64,000 nt of DNA from Minisyncoccota bacterium (GTDB taxonomy: Bacteria; Patescibacteriota; Minisyncoccia; Phycocordibacterales; UBA6065). Shown here piece after piece: positions 29,142 through 39,100 of this stretch. Where the stretch lies: the NCBI GenBank assembly GCA_036400935.1, contig DASWWW010000003.1, positions 101,083 to 165,082 of the forward strand, read 5' to 3'. The notes beneath the pieces were generated by a model that had not been told where the DNA came from, did no database searches, and saw only the letters and a list, made by a program, of their open reading frames with translations. The position numbers were made by a program, and so were the translations under genes. Every line of letters starts with the position of its first letter. Position 1 is the first letter of the stretch.

Positions 29142-30284
29142 ATGAAAAATAAAAGTGGCTTTATCATCTCTTTTGCCATTGTTCTCGCGCTGATCGCTGT
29201 ATTGATCGCGGGAGTGTTCTATTTCGGCAGCTCGAAGGTCCAGGCGCCTGAGTTATGGGCGACCTATGTGAACAAGCCGTACGGCTTTTCGTTCCAGTAT
29301 CCTTCCGGATGGAAGGCGGTCGAGAGCGCTGATGGAACAAGCGTCACCGTGACTTCGGGCATAAAGGGCGAGGGCGGTCTCGGCGCCACTGACGCTTTGA
29401 CGATCGGCTTTGCCGTTCAAAAGAACTCGACGTTCAAGCCTGTAGGTACCAAAGTCGGCGATATCCGCTATGACGATACGTTCCGGGCCTTGGTGGACGT
29501 GCTCGATACGCCGCCGCGCTGTTTGCCTTCTGATAACCTCATGGGCATAAACGAGGCTTTGCCTGCCGTCGTATATGGCGGAAGCACCATGTCCGACCCT
29601 GCATACGTCTGGTCCGCCGTCCTTACCGACGAGGACTATATGATTCTTGTGACCGATACGAGCGCGTACGTCCCTGACCGGAAGGATGCGGCTCTGGTAT
29701 CGGCAGGCAAGCTCAAGATCTACTCGACATTCGCATTGGCCACGACCGTAAAGGCCCGCGCGCCGAAATGCACGGCCTCGCTGCCAAAGGCTTCGGAACT
29801 GACCGATGCCGGCGTCGCGGTCCTAAACGCCCTCAAGTCATCCGATTACAAGAAGCTCGAGACTTTGACGAGCGAGAACGGCCTTACTCTCAACCTCTAT
29901 CCGCGGCTCGACCTTTCAAAGAGCAGCGTCACGAAGGACGCCGTATCTGACATCCCGATCGATTCGACCCAGCACATGTGGGGCTATACTGACGGAAAGG
30001 GCGACGAGATTGTCATGACGACCGCTCAGTTCATGCGCCGCTATATCTATACGGCCGATTACCTCAAAGCTGAAGAGGTCGCTGCCGGCAAGATTCTCGG
30101 CAAAGGCAACAGCGTGAACACGATCCTTGAGGATGCTGGCGACAGGGCGGTCCTCGCGTATTACTTCAGCGGCTTCGATTCGAAATACTCTGGTATGGAT
30201 TGGACGACCCTCTATCTCGTATTCGAGAATGAGAACGGCAGCTACAAGCTGCGCGGAATCGCAAAGGACAACTGGACTATCTAA
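29142..30284 (+). CDS. Membrane-anchored extracytoplasmic protein (PsbP-like N-terminal segment)
   Basis: N-terminal TM; W.TY.N..YGFSFQYP.GW; C-terminal GFD..Y.GMDW..L.LVFE. Confidence 0.7.
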   Translation: MKNKSGFIISFAIVLALIAVLIAGVFYFGSSKVQAPELWATYVNKPYGFSFQYPSGWKAVESADGTSVTVTSGIKGEGGLGATDALTIGFAVQKNSTFKPVGTKVGDIRYDDTFRALVDVLDTPPRCLPSDNLMGINEALPAVVYGGSTMSDPAYVWSAVLTDEDYMILVTDTSAYVPDRKDAALVSAGKLKIYSTFALATTVKARAPKCTASLPKASELTDAGVAVLNALKSSDYKKLETLTSENGLTLNLYPRLDLSKSSVTKDAVSDIPIDSTQHMWGYTDGKGDEIVMTTAQFMRRYIYTADYLKAEEVAAGKILGKGNSVNTILEDAGDRAVLAYYFSGFDSKYSGMDWTTLYLVFENENGSYKLRGIAKDNWTI

Positions 30285-30287
30285 ATC

Positions 30288-30313
30288 AAAGGCGCGTCGC
30301 AAGACGCGCCTTT
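30288..30313. terminator. Intrinsic terminator
   Basis: aaaggcgcgtc-gcaa-gacgcgccttt. Confidence 0.75.
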
Positions 30314-30391
30314 ATCAAAATTTTATCAGCCTTGTTGCGTAACTGCTTTTCTATCTTTACGCGCACATCCGTGGCGATATAAAATGTGCGC

Positions 30392-30805
30392 ATGACAGGG
30401 GAAATTTCTATCAAAAGGGACTCCGACGTCGCCACGAGGGGCGATGTGAAGGAGATCGTTGAACGGGCCATAAACAGTGGTTTTGAGAGCTTTGCGATCA
30501 TCGTCGGGAAATCGTTCGAGCAGATGACCACGTATATGGATACTAGGTTTGATGCTATCGATGTACGATTCGATGCCGTGGAGGGTCGCTTGGACAGGGT
30601 TGAAATTCGTCTCGACAAGGTTGAGGCAAGATTGGATGGGGTGGAGGGCCGGCTCGACAAAGTCGAGGGGCGTCTGAGCGATGTTGAAGAAAAGATCGAT
30701 GCCGTTTTCGGCATAATGGAGATCGATGGCATCAATCTCGACGACGATAGTGACGGCGAGGACCGCCTTTGGAAGGATATCGAGCGCCGATGGCCTAAAT
30801 CCTGA
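30392..30805 (+). CDS. Heptad-repeat coiled-coil protein
   Basis: About eight R-[FL]-D-x-[VI]-[ED]-x heptads (degenerate 21-bp repeats) after a VATRGDV motif. Confidence 0.75.
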   Translation: MTGEISIKRDSDVATRGDVKEIVERAINSGFESFAIIVGKSFEQMTTYMDTRFDAIDVRFDAVEGRLDRVEIRLDKVEARLDGVEGRLDKVEGRLSDVEEKIDAVFGIMEIDGINLDDDSDGEDRLWKDIERRWPKS

Positions 30806-30847
30806 TTTTTTGCTATAAAGAAGCGTCCGCGCACGCGCGCAAAACCT

Positions 30848-32281
30848 ATGTCTACTTACAAAACAACTATCGGCCTCGAAATCCATGCTGAGCTCAAGAC
30901 GCAGACAAAGATGTTCTGCGATTCAAAGAACGATCCGTTCAACAGCGCTCCGAACGCCAACATCTGTCCGGTCTGCATGGGCCATCCGGGAACTCTTCCT
31001 GTCATAAACAAGAAGGCGGTCGAGTCTGTTTTGCGCGTCGGCGTGGCCGTTGGCGGCGAGCTGGCCGATTTCACCGAGTTCGACCGAAAGAACTATTTTT
31101 ATCCTGATATCCCGAAGGGCTACCAGCTCTCCCAATACAAGTATCCTCTGGTTAAGGGCGGCGAGCTCGCGGGCGTAAAGCTTACCCGAATCCATTTGGA
31201 GGAAGACACGGCCTCATCGAGCCACGATACGGGCGATTACTCGCTTGTCGACTTCAACCGCGCTGGCGTGCCTTTGATGGAGCTCGTCACTGAGCCCGTC
31301 ATCCATACCGCCGAAGAGGCGGGCAATTTCGGCCGCGAATTGCAGCTCCTCCTCCGAACCCTTGGCGTATCTGGGGCGAATATGGAGAAGGGCGAGATGC
31401 GCCTTGAGGTAAATATCTCCCTTTCCGACACTGAAAAGCTCGGCACGAAAGTCGAGGTTAAGAATATCGGCTCGTTCAAGGCTGCCGAGAAGGCGATAGC
31501 ATACGAGATCGCGCGCCATACGCAGCTTTTGAAGGCCGGAGAGAAGATTGTGCAGGAGACTCGCGGCTGGGACGACGAGAAGGGCAAGACGTTCTCGCAG
31601 CGAAAGAAGGAGGATTCGCACGATTATCGCTATTTCCCAGATCCGGACCTGCCAAAGCTCAAGATTTCGGAGATTCCTGAGTTCTCAAAGGAGAATTTGG
31701 CAAAGTCATTGCCTGAATTGCCATGGGAGAAGCGCGCTCGCTACGCCGCTATCGGCCTCAAGCCTACCGACGTTTACATATACGTGACTATTCCTGAGGT
31801 CGGCGCCTTCTTTGAGGCGACCGCAAATGCCCTCGGCGACAGGAAGGAGTCGGTCCTGCTTGCTTCGAACTATATCTCTACCGATATTCTCGGCCTTATC
31901 AAGAAAAAGCACGGCGAAGGCCACGAGAATGAGATCGCGCGCCTGCCGTTCGCTCCGGCCCAGTTCGCGCAGCTCATCGGAATGATCGAGAAGAAGGACG
32001 TGTCGTCGCGCGGCGCCAAGGACATCCTCGGATTCATGCTCGAGTCGGGCGGCGAGCCGATGAAGATCGCTACCGAGAAGCAGCTCATACAGAAGAGCGA
32101 CGAGGGCGCCGTAAAGAAGATCGCCGAAGAGGTGATCACGGAAAATCCAAAGGTCGTCGAGGACTACAAGAGCGGAAAAGTCGCGCTTCTCCAATTCCTC
32201 ATAGGGCAGGGCATGAAGAAATCGAAGGGCTCTGCGAATCCTGAGGTCCTCAAGGCAGCATTCCTTGCCTTGCTCTCATAA
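30848..32281 (+). CDS. gatB: Asp-tRNA(Asn)/Glu-tRNA(Gln) amidotransferase subunit B
   Basis: IGLEIHAEL, FDRKNYFYPDIPKGYQ, HLEED, DFNRAGVPLMELVTEP, DYRYFPDPDLP. Confidence 0.97.
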   Translation: MSTYKTTIGLEIHAELKTQTKMFCDSKNDPFNSAPNANICPVCMGHPGTLPVINKKAVESVLRVGVAVGGELADFTEFDRKNYFYPDIPKGYQLSQYKYPLVKGGELAGVKLTRIHLEEDTASSSHDTGDYSLVDFNRAGVPLMELVTEPVIHTAEEAGNFGRELQLLLRTLGVSGANMEKGEMRLEVNISLSDTEKLGTKVEVKNIGSFKAAEKAIAYEIARHTQLLKAGEKIVQETRGWDDEKGKTFSQRKKEDSHDYRYFPDPDLPKLKISEIPEFSKENLAKSLPELPWEKRARYAAIGLKPTDVYIYVTIPEVGAFFEATANALGDRKESVLLASNYISTDILGLIKKKHGEGHENEIARLPFAPAQFAQLIGMIEKKDVSSRGAKDILGFMLESGGEPMKIATEKQLIQKSDEGAVKKIAEEVITENPKVVEDYKSGKVALLQFLIGQGMKKSKGSANPEVLKAAFLALLS

Positions 32282-32727
32282 TGCGACTGCTTATTTGGAT
32301 ATGCGGCATCATAGTAGCCCTAATTGCAGGGTTTTTTTTGCTTTCAAAAGCGCCTGTTCGAGAGAATGCTGCGGTAACGCTCAATGGAGCCGTTTTTAAG
32401 GCGATTGTTGCTGATACTCCGGCGTCGCGCGAGCGAGGCTTGAGCGGATCGAAGCCTTTGGCATCGGATGAGGCGATGCTTTTCGTATTCGAAATCCCTG
32501 ACGATGTCGGATTCTGGATGAAGGACATGAATTACTCGATCGATATCGTCTGGCTCGATGCGAATATGAAGGTCATTCATATAGAAAAGGACGTCGCCCC
32601 TGAAACATACCCGACGGTTTTCTATCCGGAAGGGGCGGCCCTGTACGTTTTGGAATTCTCAGCCGGCACCGCGGACCGCATCGGACTCAAGCTGGGAGAC
32701 ATCGCTTCGGCCTCCGGTGGGAAATAA
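32281..32727 (+). CDS. DUF192 family protein
   Basis: ADTPASRERGLSG, MLFVF, FWMKDM, IDIVW, YVLE. Confidence 0.9.
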   Translation: MRLLIWICGIIVALIAGFFLLSKAPVRENAAVTLNGAVFKAIVADTPASRERGLSGSKPLASDEAMLFVFEIPDDVGFWMKDMNYSIDIVWLDANMKVIHIEKDVAPETYPTVFYPEGAALYVLEFSAGTADRIGLKLGDIASASGGK

Positions 32728-33003
32728 TTCTTTTCAAAAGTTTTCGGTGGGAAAGATCGCTTTTCGTGGGCGATTTTTTTATTTTTCAAAACAAGAACAC
32801 GAATTTTTTAAAAAACCAGCTTAAAAATTTTCCCAAAGCGCGCCTTCGCTGCGCTGTTTAATAGAAGTACATTATTTTTAATCTAGACAGGGAAACCGAG
32901 CTGTATCATAACTGAAAAAAAGCGTAATTTTCTATACTTTTCTCTCTGACGTTCGGTTAAAATAAACTGACCTTAAAAATTATTAGCGATCTGCAAATTT
33001 ATC

Positions 33004-35835
33004 ATGAATATCTTTATCACCAAGCGGGACGGAACGAAGCACCTCTTCAATGCTGACAAGATCAACCGATCTATCGCGCGGGCAGCTGCTGGCTTGGAGA
33101 ATCCCGTCGCTATGGTGATGCAGATCGCGACCGATACGCATCTTACGATGTACGACGGCATGACGACCGAAGAATTGGACAAGGCGACGATCAATGCCGC
33201 CGTCCAAAACATCAAGGATGACCCTGATTTCGACATCGTGGCAAAACGCCTCTTGCTCAAGACTATATATAAGAAGGTTTTTGGCGACTACGATACCCAG
33301 GATCCGGCGGATCTTCGCAAGAAGCATCGTGACGGATTCATCGATTACGTGAACAAGGGAGTGGCCGCAAACAGGCTCCATCCTGATATGGCGACCAAAT
33401 TCGACCTCGAGACTCTCGCCAACACTCTTGTTGTAGAGCGAGACGATATTTTCCTCTATTCAGGACTCGACGGCTTGATGAATCGCTACGGCCTCAAGGA
33501 TATAAACCAGAACGCTACCGAGACCCCTCAGTACCTTTTCATGCGCATCGCCATGGGCCTCTCGTACAACGAGACCAATCCTACCGAATGGGCGATCAAG
33601 TTCTATCACAAGATGTCCCAGCACCACTTCATCGCCGGAGGATCGACCAACCTCGGCGCGGGAACTAACCGACCGGCGCTCGCAAACTGCTTCCTCCTCG
33701 AAATCCACGACAATATGGAGCACATCGCGAAGTCTGTTTCTGACGTCATGCTCCTTTCAAAGGGCTCCGGAGGAATCGGCGCGTCTATCACAAAGCTTCG
33801 CGCGTCCGGATCTCCGCTCAAGTCAAATGCCGGAGGCGCTTCTACGGGCCCTACGACATTCGCAAAGATCATCGATACCGCTATTCGCGCCATTCAGCGA
33901 GGAGGCAAGAAGAAGGGCGCTCTCTGCTTCTATATGGAGAATTGGCACCTCGATTTCCCTGAATTCATCGATTGGAAGCATAATGCCGGCGACGACTATC
34001 TCCGCATGCGAACCGCCAACACCGCCGCTTTCATCTCTGACGAGTTTATGAAGCGCGTCATTTCCGGCCAGGACTGGTATATGTTCGACCCTGCTGAGGT
34101 ACCTGAATTGAACGAGCTCTACGGCTCGGCCTTCTCTGAAAAGTACAAGGAATACTGCGCAAAGGCAGAGCGCGGCGAGATGCGCGCCTTCAAGAAGGTC
34201 CCAGCGTCTGAGCAGTGGCGCCATATCATCACGTCCCTCCAGTCTACGTCGCACCCTTGGATTACCTGGAAGGATCCGATCAACCTCCGCGCGCTCAATA
34301 ACAACACCGGCACGATCCATATGTCGAACCTCTGTACGGAGATCTGCCTCCCGCAGGACAAGAACAATATCGCCGTATGTAACCTCATTTCAGTGAACTT
34401 GGCGGGCCATATCAGCAACAAGGAGGTGCAGTGGGGCAAGCTTGAGGAGTCCGTACGACTCGCTGTGCGCCAGCTCGATAACCTCATCGACATCAACAAG
34501 CTTCCTGTTCCTGAGGCTGTCCGATCGGACAAGGAGAACCGCGCCATCGGCCTCGGAGTCATGGGATTTGCCGATGCCATCGAGCAGCTCGGCATTGCGT
34601 ACGACGCTGAGCCGGCTTGGGATTTCGCTGACCGTATCTTCGAGTTTGTTTCCTACATGGCGATCGACGAATCGGCCAATCTCGCGCAGGTTCGCGGATC
34701 GTATTCGAACTTTGCCGGCTCTCGCTGGTCAAAGGGTGAAGTGCCAGTAGACACTATCAAAGTGCTCGAGGCGGATCGCGGCCGACCTGTAACGGTATCA
34801 AAGGAATCAAAGCACAAGGGCCTCAACTGGGACCTTCTCCGATCGAAGGTCAAGAAGGGAATGCGAAACGCTACCCTCATGGCAATCGCTCCGAACGCGA
34901 ACATCGGCCTCGTAGCGGGAACTACTCCTGGAATGGACCCTCGCTTCGCCCAGGTATTCTCCCGAAACAAGATTTCCGGAAAGTACATGGATATCAACCA
35001 CAACCTCGTGAAGGATCTCAAGAACATGAGCCTCTGGGAGAAGGTCCGCGAGCAGATCATCGAGAATCAGGGAGACATCGCCAACATCGAAGGCATCCCT
35101 CAGCACATCAAGGACGTCTACAAGACATCGTTTACCACGTCTCCTCACGCATTTATCGAGGTTGCTGCCCGCGCTCAGAAGTGGATCGACCAGGGCATCT
35201 CGCGAAACATGTACCTCGAGACTCGCGACGTCGACGAGACGATGAAAATCTATACATCGGCATGGGAGAAGGGCGTAAAGACCACGTATTACCTCCACAT
35301 GAAGCCTCGCCATACCGCAGAGCAGTCTACTGTCCGCGTGAACAAGGCCGAGAAGCTCGGCAAGACGGGATTCGCTGCGGTAGCGAGCGGAATGGCAGAG
35401 AAGAAGGCGGCCGTGTTCAGCGCCCCTCTTCAGACATCGATGGATATTGTCGAGCCGGCTCCTATGGTCGCTCAGGACGTGACGCCTATCATGGTCGCGC
35501 CAGTCGCGGCTCCGGTTGCCGCAGCACCCGCATCGGCGCCAGCATCTGTTGGCTGGTCTATCCCGAAGGCGGCCCCTGCATCGGCCGCGGTCTCGCCAGC
35601 GCCCTTCGCGTCCGCTCCCGTATCGTTCAAGATGCCTAAGCAGGCGACCATGAACGTATCCGAGCCCGCGGCCGCCGCTCCGGCCCCTGTGGCAGAAAAG
35701 GCTCCAGCCGGGTACCAGTCGCTCTCAGACCTTGCGGCAATGACCGCCATCAAGAAGCCTCGCGTGATCATGACAGGGAACAAGACGTGCCCGACCGATC
35801 CGTCAGAGCTTGCGCAGTGCGACTCCTGCCAGTAG
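33004..35835 (+). CDS. nrdA: Class I ribonucleoside-diphosphate reductase alpha subunit with N-terminal ATP cone
   Basis: ITKRDG ATP cone, ANCF, SNLCTEI, VCNL, AIAPNA, GVKTTYY, C-terminal CDSC. Confidence 0.96.
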   Translation: MNIFITKRDGTKHLFNADKINRSIARAAAGLENPVAMVMQIATDTHLTMYDGMTTEELDKATINAAVQNIKDDPDFDIVAKRLLLKTIYKKVFGDYDTQDPADLRKKHRDGFIDYVNKGVAANRLHPDMATKFDLETLANTLVVERDDIFLYSGLDGLMNRYGLKDINQNATETPQYLFMRIAMGLSYNETNPTEWAIKFYHKMSQHHFIAGGSTNLGAGTNRPALANCFLLEIHDNMEHIAKSVSDVMLLSKGSGGIGASITKLRASGSPLKSNAGGASTGPTTFAKIIDTAIRAIQRGGKKKGALCFYMENWHLDFPEFIDWKHNAGDDYLRMRTANTAAFISDEFMKRVISGQDWYMFDPAEVPELNELYGSAFSEKYKEYCAKAERGEMRAFKKVPASEQWRHIITSLQSTSHPWITWKDPINLRALNNNTGTIHMSNLCTEICLPQDKNNIAVCNLISVNLAGHISNKEVQWGKLEESVRLAVRQLDNLIDINKLPVPEAVRSDKENRAIGLGVMGFADAIEQLGIAYDAEPAWDFADRIFEFVSYMAIDESANLAQVRGSYSNFAGSRWSKGEVPVDTIKVLEADRGRPVTVSKESKHKGLNWDLLRSKVKKGMRNATLMAIAPNANIGLVAGTTPGMDPRFAQVFSRNKISGKYMDINHNLVKDLKNMSLWEKVREQIIENQGDIANIEGIPQHIKDVYKTSFTTSPHAFIEVAARAQKWIDQGISRNMYLETRDVDETMKIYTSAWEKGVKTTYYLHMKPRHTAEQSTVRVNKAEKLGKTGFAAVASGMAEKKAAVFSAPLQTSMDIVEPAPMVAQDVTPIMVAPVAAPVAAAPASAPASVGWSIPKAAPASAAVSPAPFASAPVSFKMPKQATMNVSEPAAAAPAPVAEKAPAGYQSLSDLAAMTAIKKPRVIMTGNKTCPTDPSELAQCDSCQ

Positions 35836-35991
35836 ACTCGATTCGTCTCTCTTTCACAATCCATAAAGCGGGCTCATACACAAACCCCGCCTAAGTCGAC
35901 GCCGACTTTTTGCTCCGACGCTACATTCTTTAACGCGTTCGAGACTTTTGTTCAGTCCAATTATCAAAATTCAGTAACCGTCAAACACAAT

Positions 35992-36975
35992 ATGGCACTT
36001 ATCGGAAAAGCATCGCCCGAAGACGTAAATCTCCACCCGCTTCGCTACAAGTGGGCGTACGATCTCTACAATCAGGCCGTGCGAAACACGTGGTTCCCTC
36101 ATGAGATCGCCCTCAAGGAGGATCTCGAGGACTGGGCAAAAATGACAGAGGACGAGAGGCATGCGGTAAAGTTTCTCATGGCCTTCTTCAACCCTGCGGA
36201 ATTGATCGTTAACCGATCGATCGCTCTCGGCGTCTATCCGTACCTTAAGTCCCCAGAATGCCATCTCTATTTGGCAAAGCAGATGTGGGAAGAGGCTAAC
36301 CACTGCGTGGCCTTCGAGTACGTGCTCGAGACATTCCCATTCGATCGCGAGAAGATCTTCTCGCTCCACCTTGGCGTGCCATCGATGCAGGCAAAGGAAG
36401 CGTACATCAACAAGTACATGAAGCGCATGATGGACGATAGGCTTGATATCGATACTCCGGACGGCAAGAAGGACTTCATCCGAAACCTCGTCGCGACGAA
36501 CATCGTGATGGAGGGAATCTGGTTCTACTCCGGATTCATGGTAGCCCTCTCGTTCCGCCAGCGGAACCAGCTTCGAAACTTCGGATCGATGATCAACTGG
36601 GTTATCCGCGACGAGTCATTGCATCTCAAGTTCGGCATGAACCTCATCCATAACATCCTTGAGGAGAACGCCGTCCTTTTGACCGAGGAATTCGCTACCG
36701 AAATACGAGACATCATCATCGAGGGAGTGAACCTCGAGGTCAATTACAACAAGGACCTCTTCCCGAACGGAATCCTCGGCCTCAACGCCGAATACGTGAA
36801 CCAGTACGTGATGTACGTCTGCGACCGACGCCTCGAGGAGCTCGGCCTGCCGAAGTACTACAACGTCACCAATCCGGCAAAGTGGATGTCTACCGCTACC
36901 GACGTCTTCGAGCTCGTGAACTTCTTCGAAGCTCAGAACACGAACTACGAAGTGGACGGAGGACACAAGAAATAG
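35992..36975 (+). CDS. nrdB: Ribonucleotide reductase beta subunit, class Ic (R2c)-type signature
   Basis: FFNPAE, EEANHCVAF, EGIWFYSGF, RDESLH, NFFE....Y. Confidence 0.93.
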   Translation: MALIGKASPEDVNLHPLRYKWAYDLYNQAVRNTWFPHEIALKEDLEDWAKMTEDERHAVKFLMAFFNPAELIVNRSIALGVYPYLKSPECHLYLAKQMWEEANHCVAFEYVLETFPFDREKIFSLHLGVPSMQAKEAYINKYMKRMMDDRLDIDTPDGKKDFIRNLVATNIVMEGIWFYSGFMVALSFRQRNQLRNFGSMINWVIRDESLHLKFGMNLIHNILEENAVLLTEEFATEIRDIIIEGVNLEVNYNKDLFPNGILGLNAEYVNQYVMYVCDRRLEELGLPKYYNVTNPAKWMSTATDVFELVNFFEAQNTNYEVDGGHKK

Positions 36976-36992
36976 TTTAGGATTTGGAATCG

Positions 36993-37028
36993 CGAAAGCC
37001 GCCTTATCGGGCGGCTTTCGTTTTTTTT
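36993..37028. terminator. Bidirectional terminator between nrdB and TrmB-1
   Basis: cgaaagccgcc-ttatcg-ggcggctttcg-tttttttt. Confidence 0.82.
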
Positions 37029-37812
37029 ATTTCAATCCCTTCCAGGCGAGCTCGAAGAAGAATCTCATCATATTGTGAATAGTTTGATCCTCGATGATTA
37101 TGCCGATCGGATTGCGTTCTTCAAAGTTCACGATCGAAACCCTGTTCTCTGCATAGACCGTCACTTCGCCTTTGAAAGGGAACTGGTCCGCGGACATGTG
37201 CCGTACGACGGGAACTATTTCTTTCTTAAAGCCAGCGTATATGTTTCCTACGAAAGCCAGGTCGGTTTTGGTATTTGGCAATATTCCTCGGGTGGTTATG
37301 CCAATCTTTTCTTTGGTGCGCCTATAACGCTCAAAGAATTTTTTTGGCATGAAATCCAGAAGGCCGGATACGTTTGAAAGACCAAGCATCTCATACTTCT
37401 TTTTAACGTTGATATGGTCTTCAAATACAGAAACGACACCCTCATGGCCTTCGTAGTAGGTGATCTTTGGTTTGTTTGGCAGGCTTTCAAATACTCCTTC
37501 GAGTTCTGGAATGAGCTTTTTTGCCTTTTCGAATGATTCATCCGCTTTTTCCTTCTGACGTCGCGCGAAGCTGAGGAGCTTTTGAGGCTGATTAGCCTTA
37601 TAGTATAGTTTTTTGCCTTTTTCTATCTCGCTTACTAGTCCCTTAATGGAGAGGTCCGTGAGGATCTTATAGACAGTGCTGCGATTGAGTCTTGTCTCCT
37701 TCGATATGTGAGAAGGGAAGCCACCACCTTTTTCGATGAGCAGGGCGTATATTGCTGCCGACTTCGGATTGAGGCCGGCTTCTTTTAGTGGCGGAATAAG
37801 GTTGCTTTCCAT
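37027..37812 (-). CDS. TrmB-family transcriptional regulator (T1)
   Basis: GLNPKSAAIY..L...ISKETRLNRSTVYKIL..L..KGLV HTH; PKITYYEG..G; C-terminal effector domain ending FFELAW. Confidence 0.88.
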   Translation of the reverse strand: MESNLIPPLKEAGLNPKSAAIYALLIEKGGGFPSHISKETRLNRSTVYKILTDLSIKGLVSEIEKGKKLYYKANQPQKLLSFARRQKEKADESFEKAKKLIPELEGVFESLPNKPKITYYEGHEGVVSVFEDHINVKKKYEMLGLSNVSGLLDFMPKKFFERYRRTKEKIGITTRGILPNTKTDLAFVGNIYAGFKKEIVPVVRHMSADQFPFKGEVTVYAENRVSIVNFEERNPIGIIIEDQTIHNMMRFFFELAWKGLK

Positions 37813-37963
37813 GACCTGATATAATCACATTCTCCTATTTTTGTCACTTTGTACGAACAAAAATGCAAAGACCATGCTTTTGCCCTTTATTTATAAGGGT
37901 TTTATGCATATTTAATGTTTAATGCCTAAGACAAATTCATAGACGTGGATGTATTCTCCTGCT

Positions 37964-39058
37964 ATGAGTAAACATGCCAAAATAATCTTGGGAATTCTCG
38001 TTGTCGCGGCTTTATTTGTTTGGGGAGTCGTCAGCCAGAAGAATGTGAGCGATATGAGCGTTATTCAGATAGGGCTTATGGCGCCCCTTTCGGGCAATGT
38101 TGCATTCCTTGGCGAGGGAATAAGAGACGCGGCTATTATGGCGGAAAGGGAGCTTAATGCCAGACCGGAGAGCAAGTATGCTTATGAAGTTATCGTCGAG
38201 GATGATGCCTTTGACGTTAAAAAGACGGCGAGCGCGGTTCAAAAGCTCGTAAGCATTGATCGCGTCTCTGCGCTTATTTCCCTCGCGTCCGCCGCAGGAA
38301 ATGTCGTCAATCCTGTTGCCGAGAGAAATCATATAGTTCATTTTGGCATCGCTTCAGACCCGAACGTTGCGAATGGGGACTATAATTTCGTCCACTGGAC
38401 TCCGCCTGCCGAAGAGGCAAAGGTCTTTGTGTCCGAGCTCAAGAGAAGGGGTTACAAGAAAGTCGCGATATTAGGCGCAAATATCCAGGGCGTTGCGGCG
38501 GTGGCTGAGGCCGTAATCCAAGAGACTAATGGTACGGATGTCTCTGTGGTGAATAATCAGGTTTTTGATTTCGGCACCAAAGACTTCCGAACAATGATTG
38601 TCAAAGCTGAAACCACAAGGCCAGATATCTATCTTCTTCTTGCTTTCAGTCCCGAGCTTGAGATCATGACGGGCCAAATTAGAGATTTGGGCGTTAAAGC
38701 ATCCGTCACCTCGATAGAGTCCTTCGAGCAGAGTGATCGGCCCCAGATGTACGAAGGCCTTTGGTATGTAAATGCGGCCGACAGCACGAACGAGTTTAAT
38801 GAAGCATACAAGTCTTTGTATGGCCGGGTGCCTTCGCTTGGCGCGGGCAATGCCTACGACATAGTGCATCTCATCGCGACTGCCGCAGAAAAAGTTTCTG
38901 GGAACCCTACGCCCGACAAGATCGCTGAAAAGCTTTATGAGATCAGGGGTGAGAGAGGTGCGCTCGGAGAGCTTTCTGTGGGACCAGAAGGATTGGTGCG
39001 GTCGAAGGCTGTGGTCCGCGAAATCCGAGATGGCAAGCCGGTGACGATAGGGAAGTAA
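37964..39058 (+). CDS. ABC transporter substrate-binding protein, LivJ/K-like (S1)
   Basis: N-terminal TM; IGLMAPLSGNVAFLG; VEDD; KDFRTMI; AYD. Confidence 0.9.
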   Translation: MSKHAKIILGILVVAALFVWGVVSQKNVSDMSVIQIGLMAPLSGNVAFLGEGIRDAAIMAERELNARPESKYAYEVIVEDDAFDVKKTASAVQKLVSIDRVSALISLASAAGNVVNPVAERNHIVHFGIASDPNVANGDYNFVHWTPPAEEAKVFVSELKRRGYKKVAILGANIQGVAAVAEAVIQETNGTDVSVVNNQVFDFGTKDFRTMIVKAETTRPDIYLLLAFSPELEIMTGQIRDLGVKASVTSIESFEQSDRPQMYEGLWYVNAADSTNEFNEAYKSLYGRVPSLGAGNAYDIVHLIATAAEKVSGNPTPDKIAEKLYEIRGERGALGELSVGPEGLVRSKAVVREIRDGKPVTIGK

Positions 39059-39060
39059 TC

Positions 39061-39087
39061 AAAAAAGCCGCGACTCGCGGCTTTTTT
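39061..39087. terminator. Bidirectional terminator between S1 and T2
   Basis: aaaaaagccgcg-act-cgcggctttttt. Confidence 0.85.
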
Positions 39088-39100
39088 GTGCCAAAGATTC

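Noticed and set aside
30540-30710. Periodic ~21-bp repeats that might suggest a CRISPR array or VNTR
   Set aside because: They are degenerate, in-frame and have no spacers; they encode coiled-coil heptads, and no cas genes are present.
32728-33003. AT-rich region upstream of nrdA examined for NrdR boxes or a riboswitch
   Set aside because: No convincing tandem NrdR palindrome or known riboswitch core was seen; only a terminator-like hairpin and AT-rich promoter DNA.
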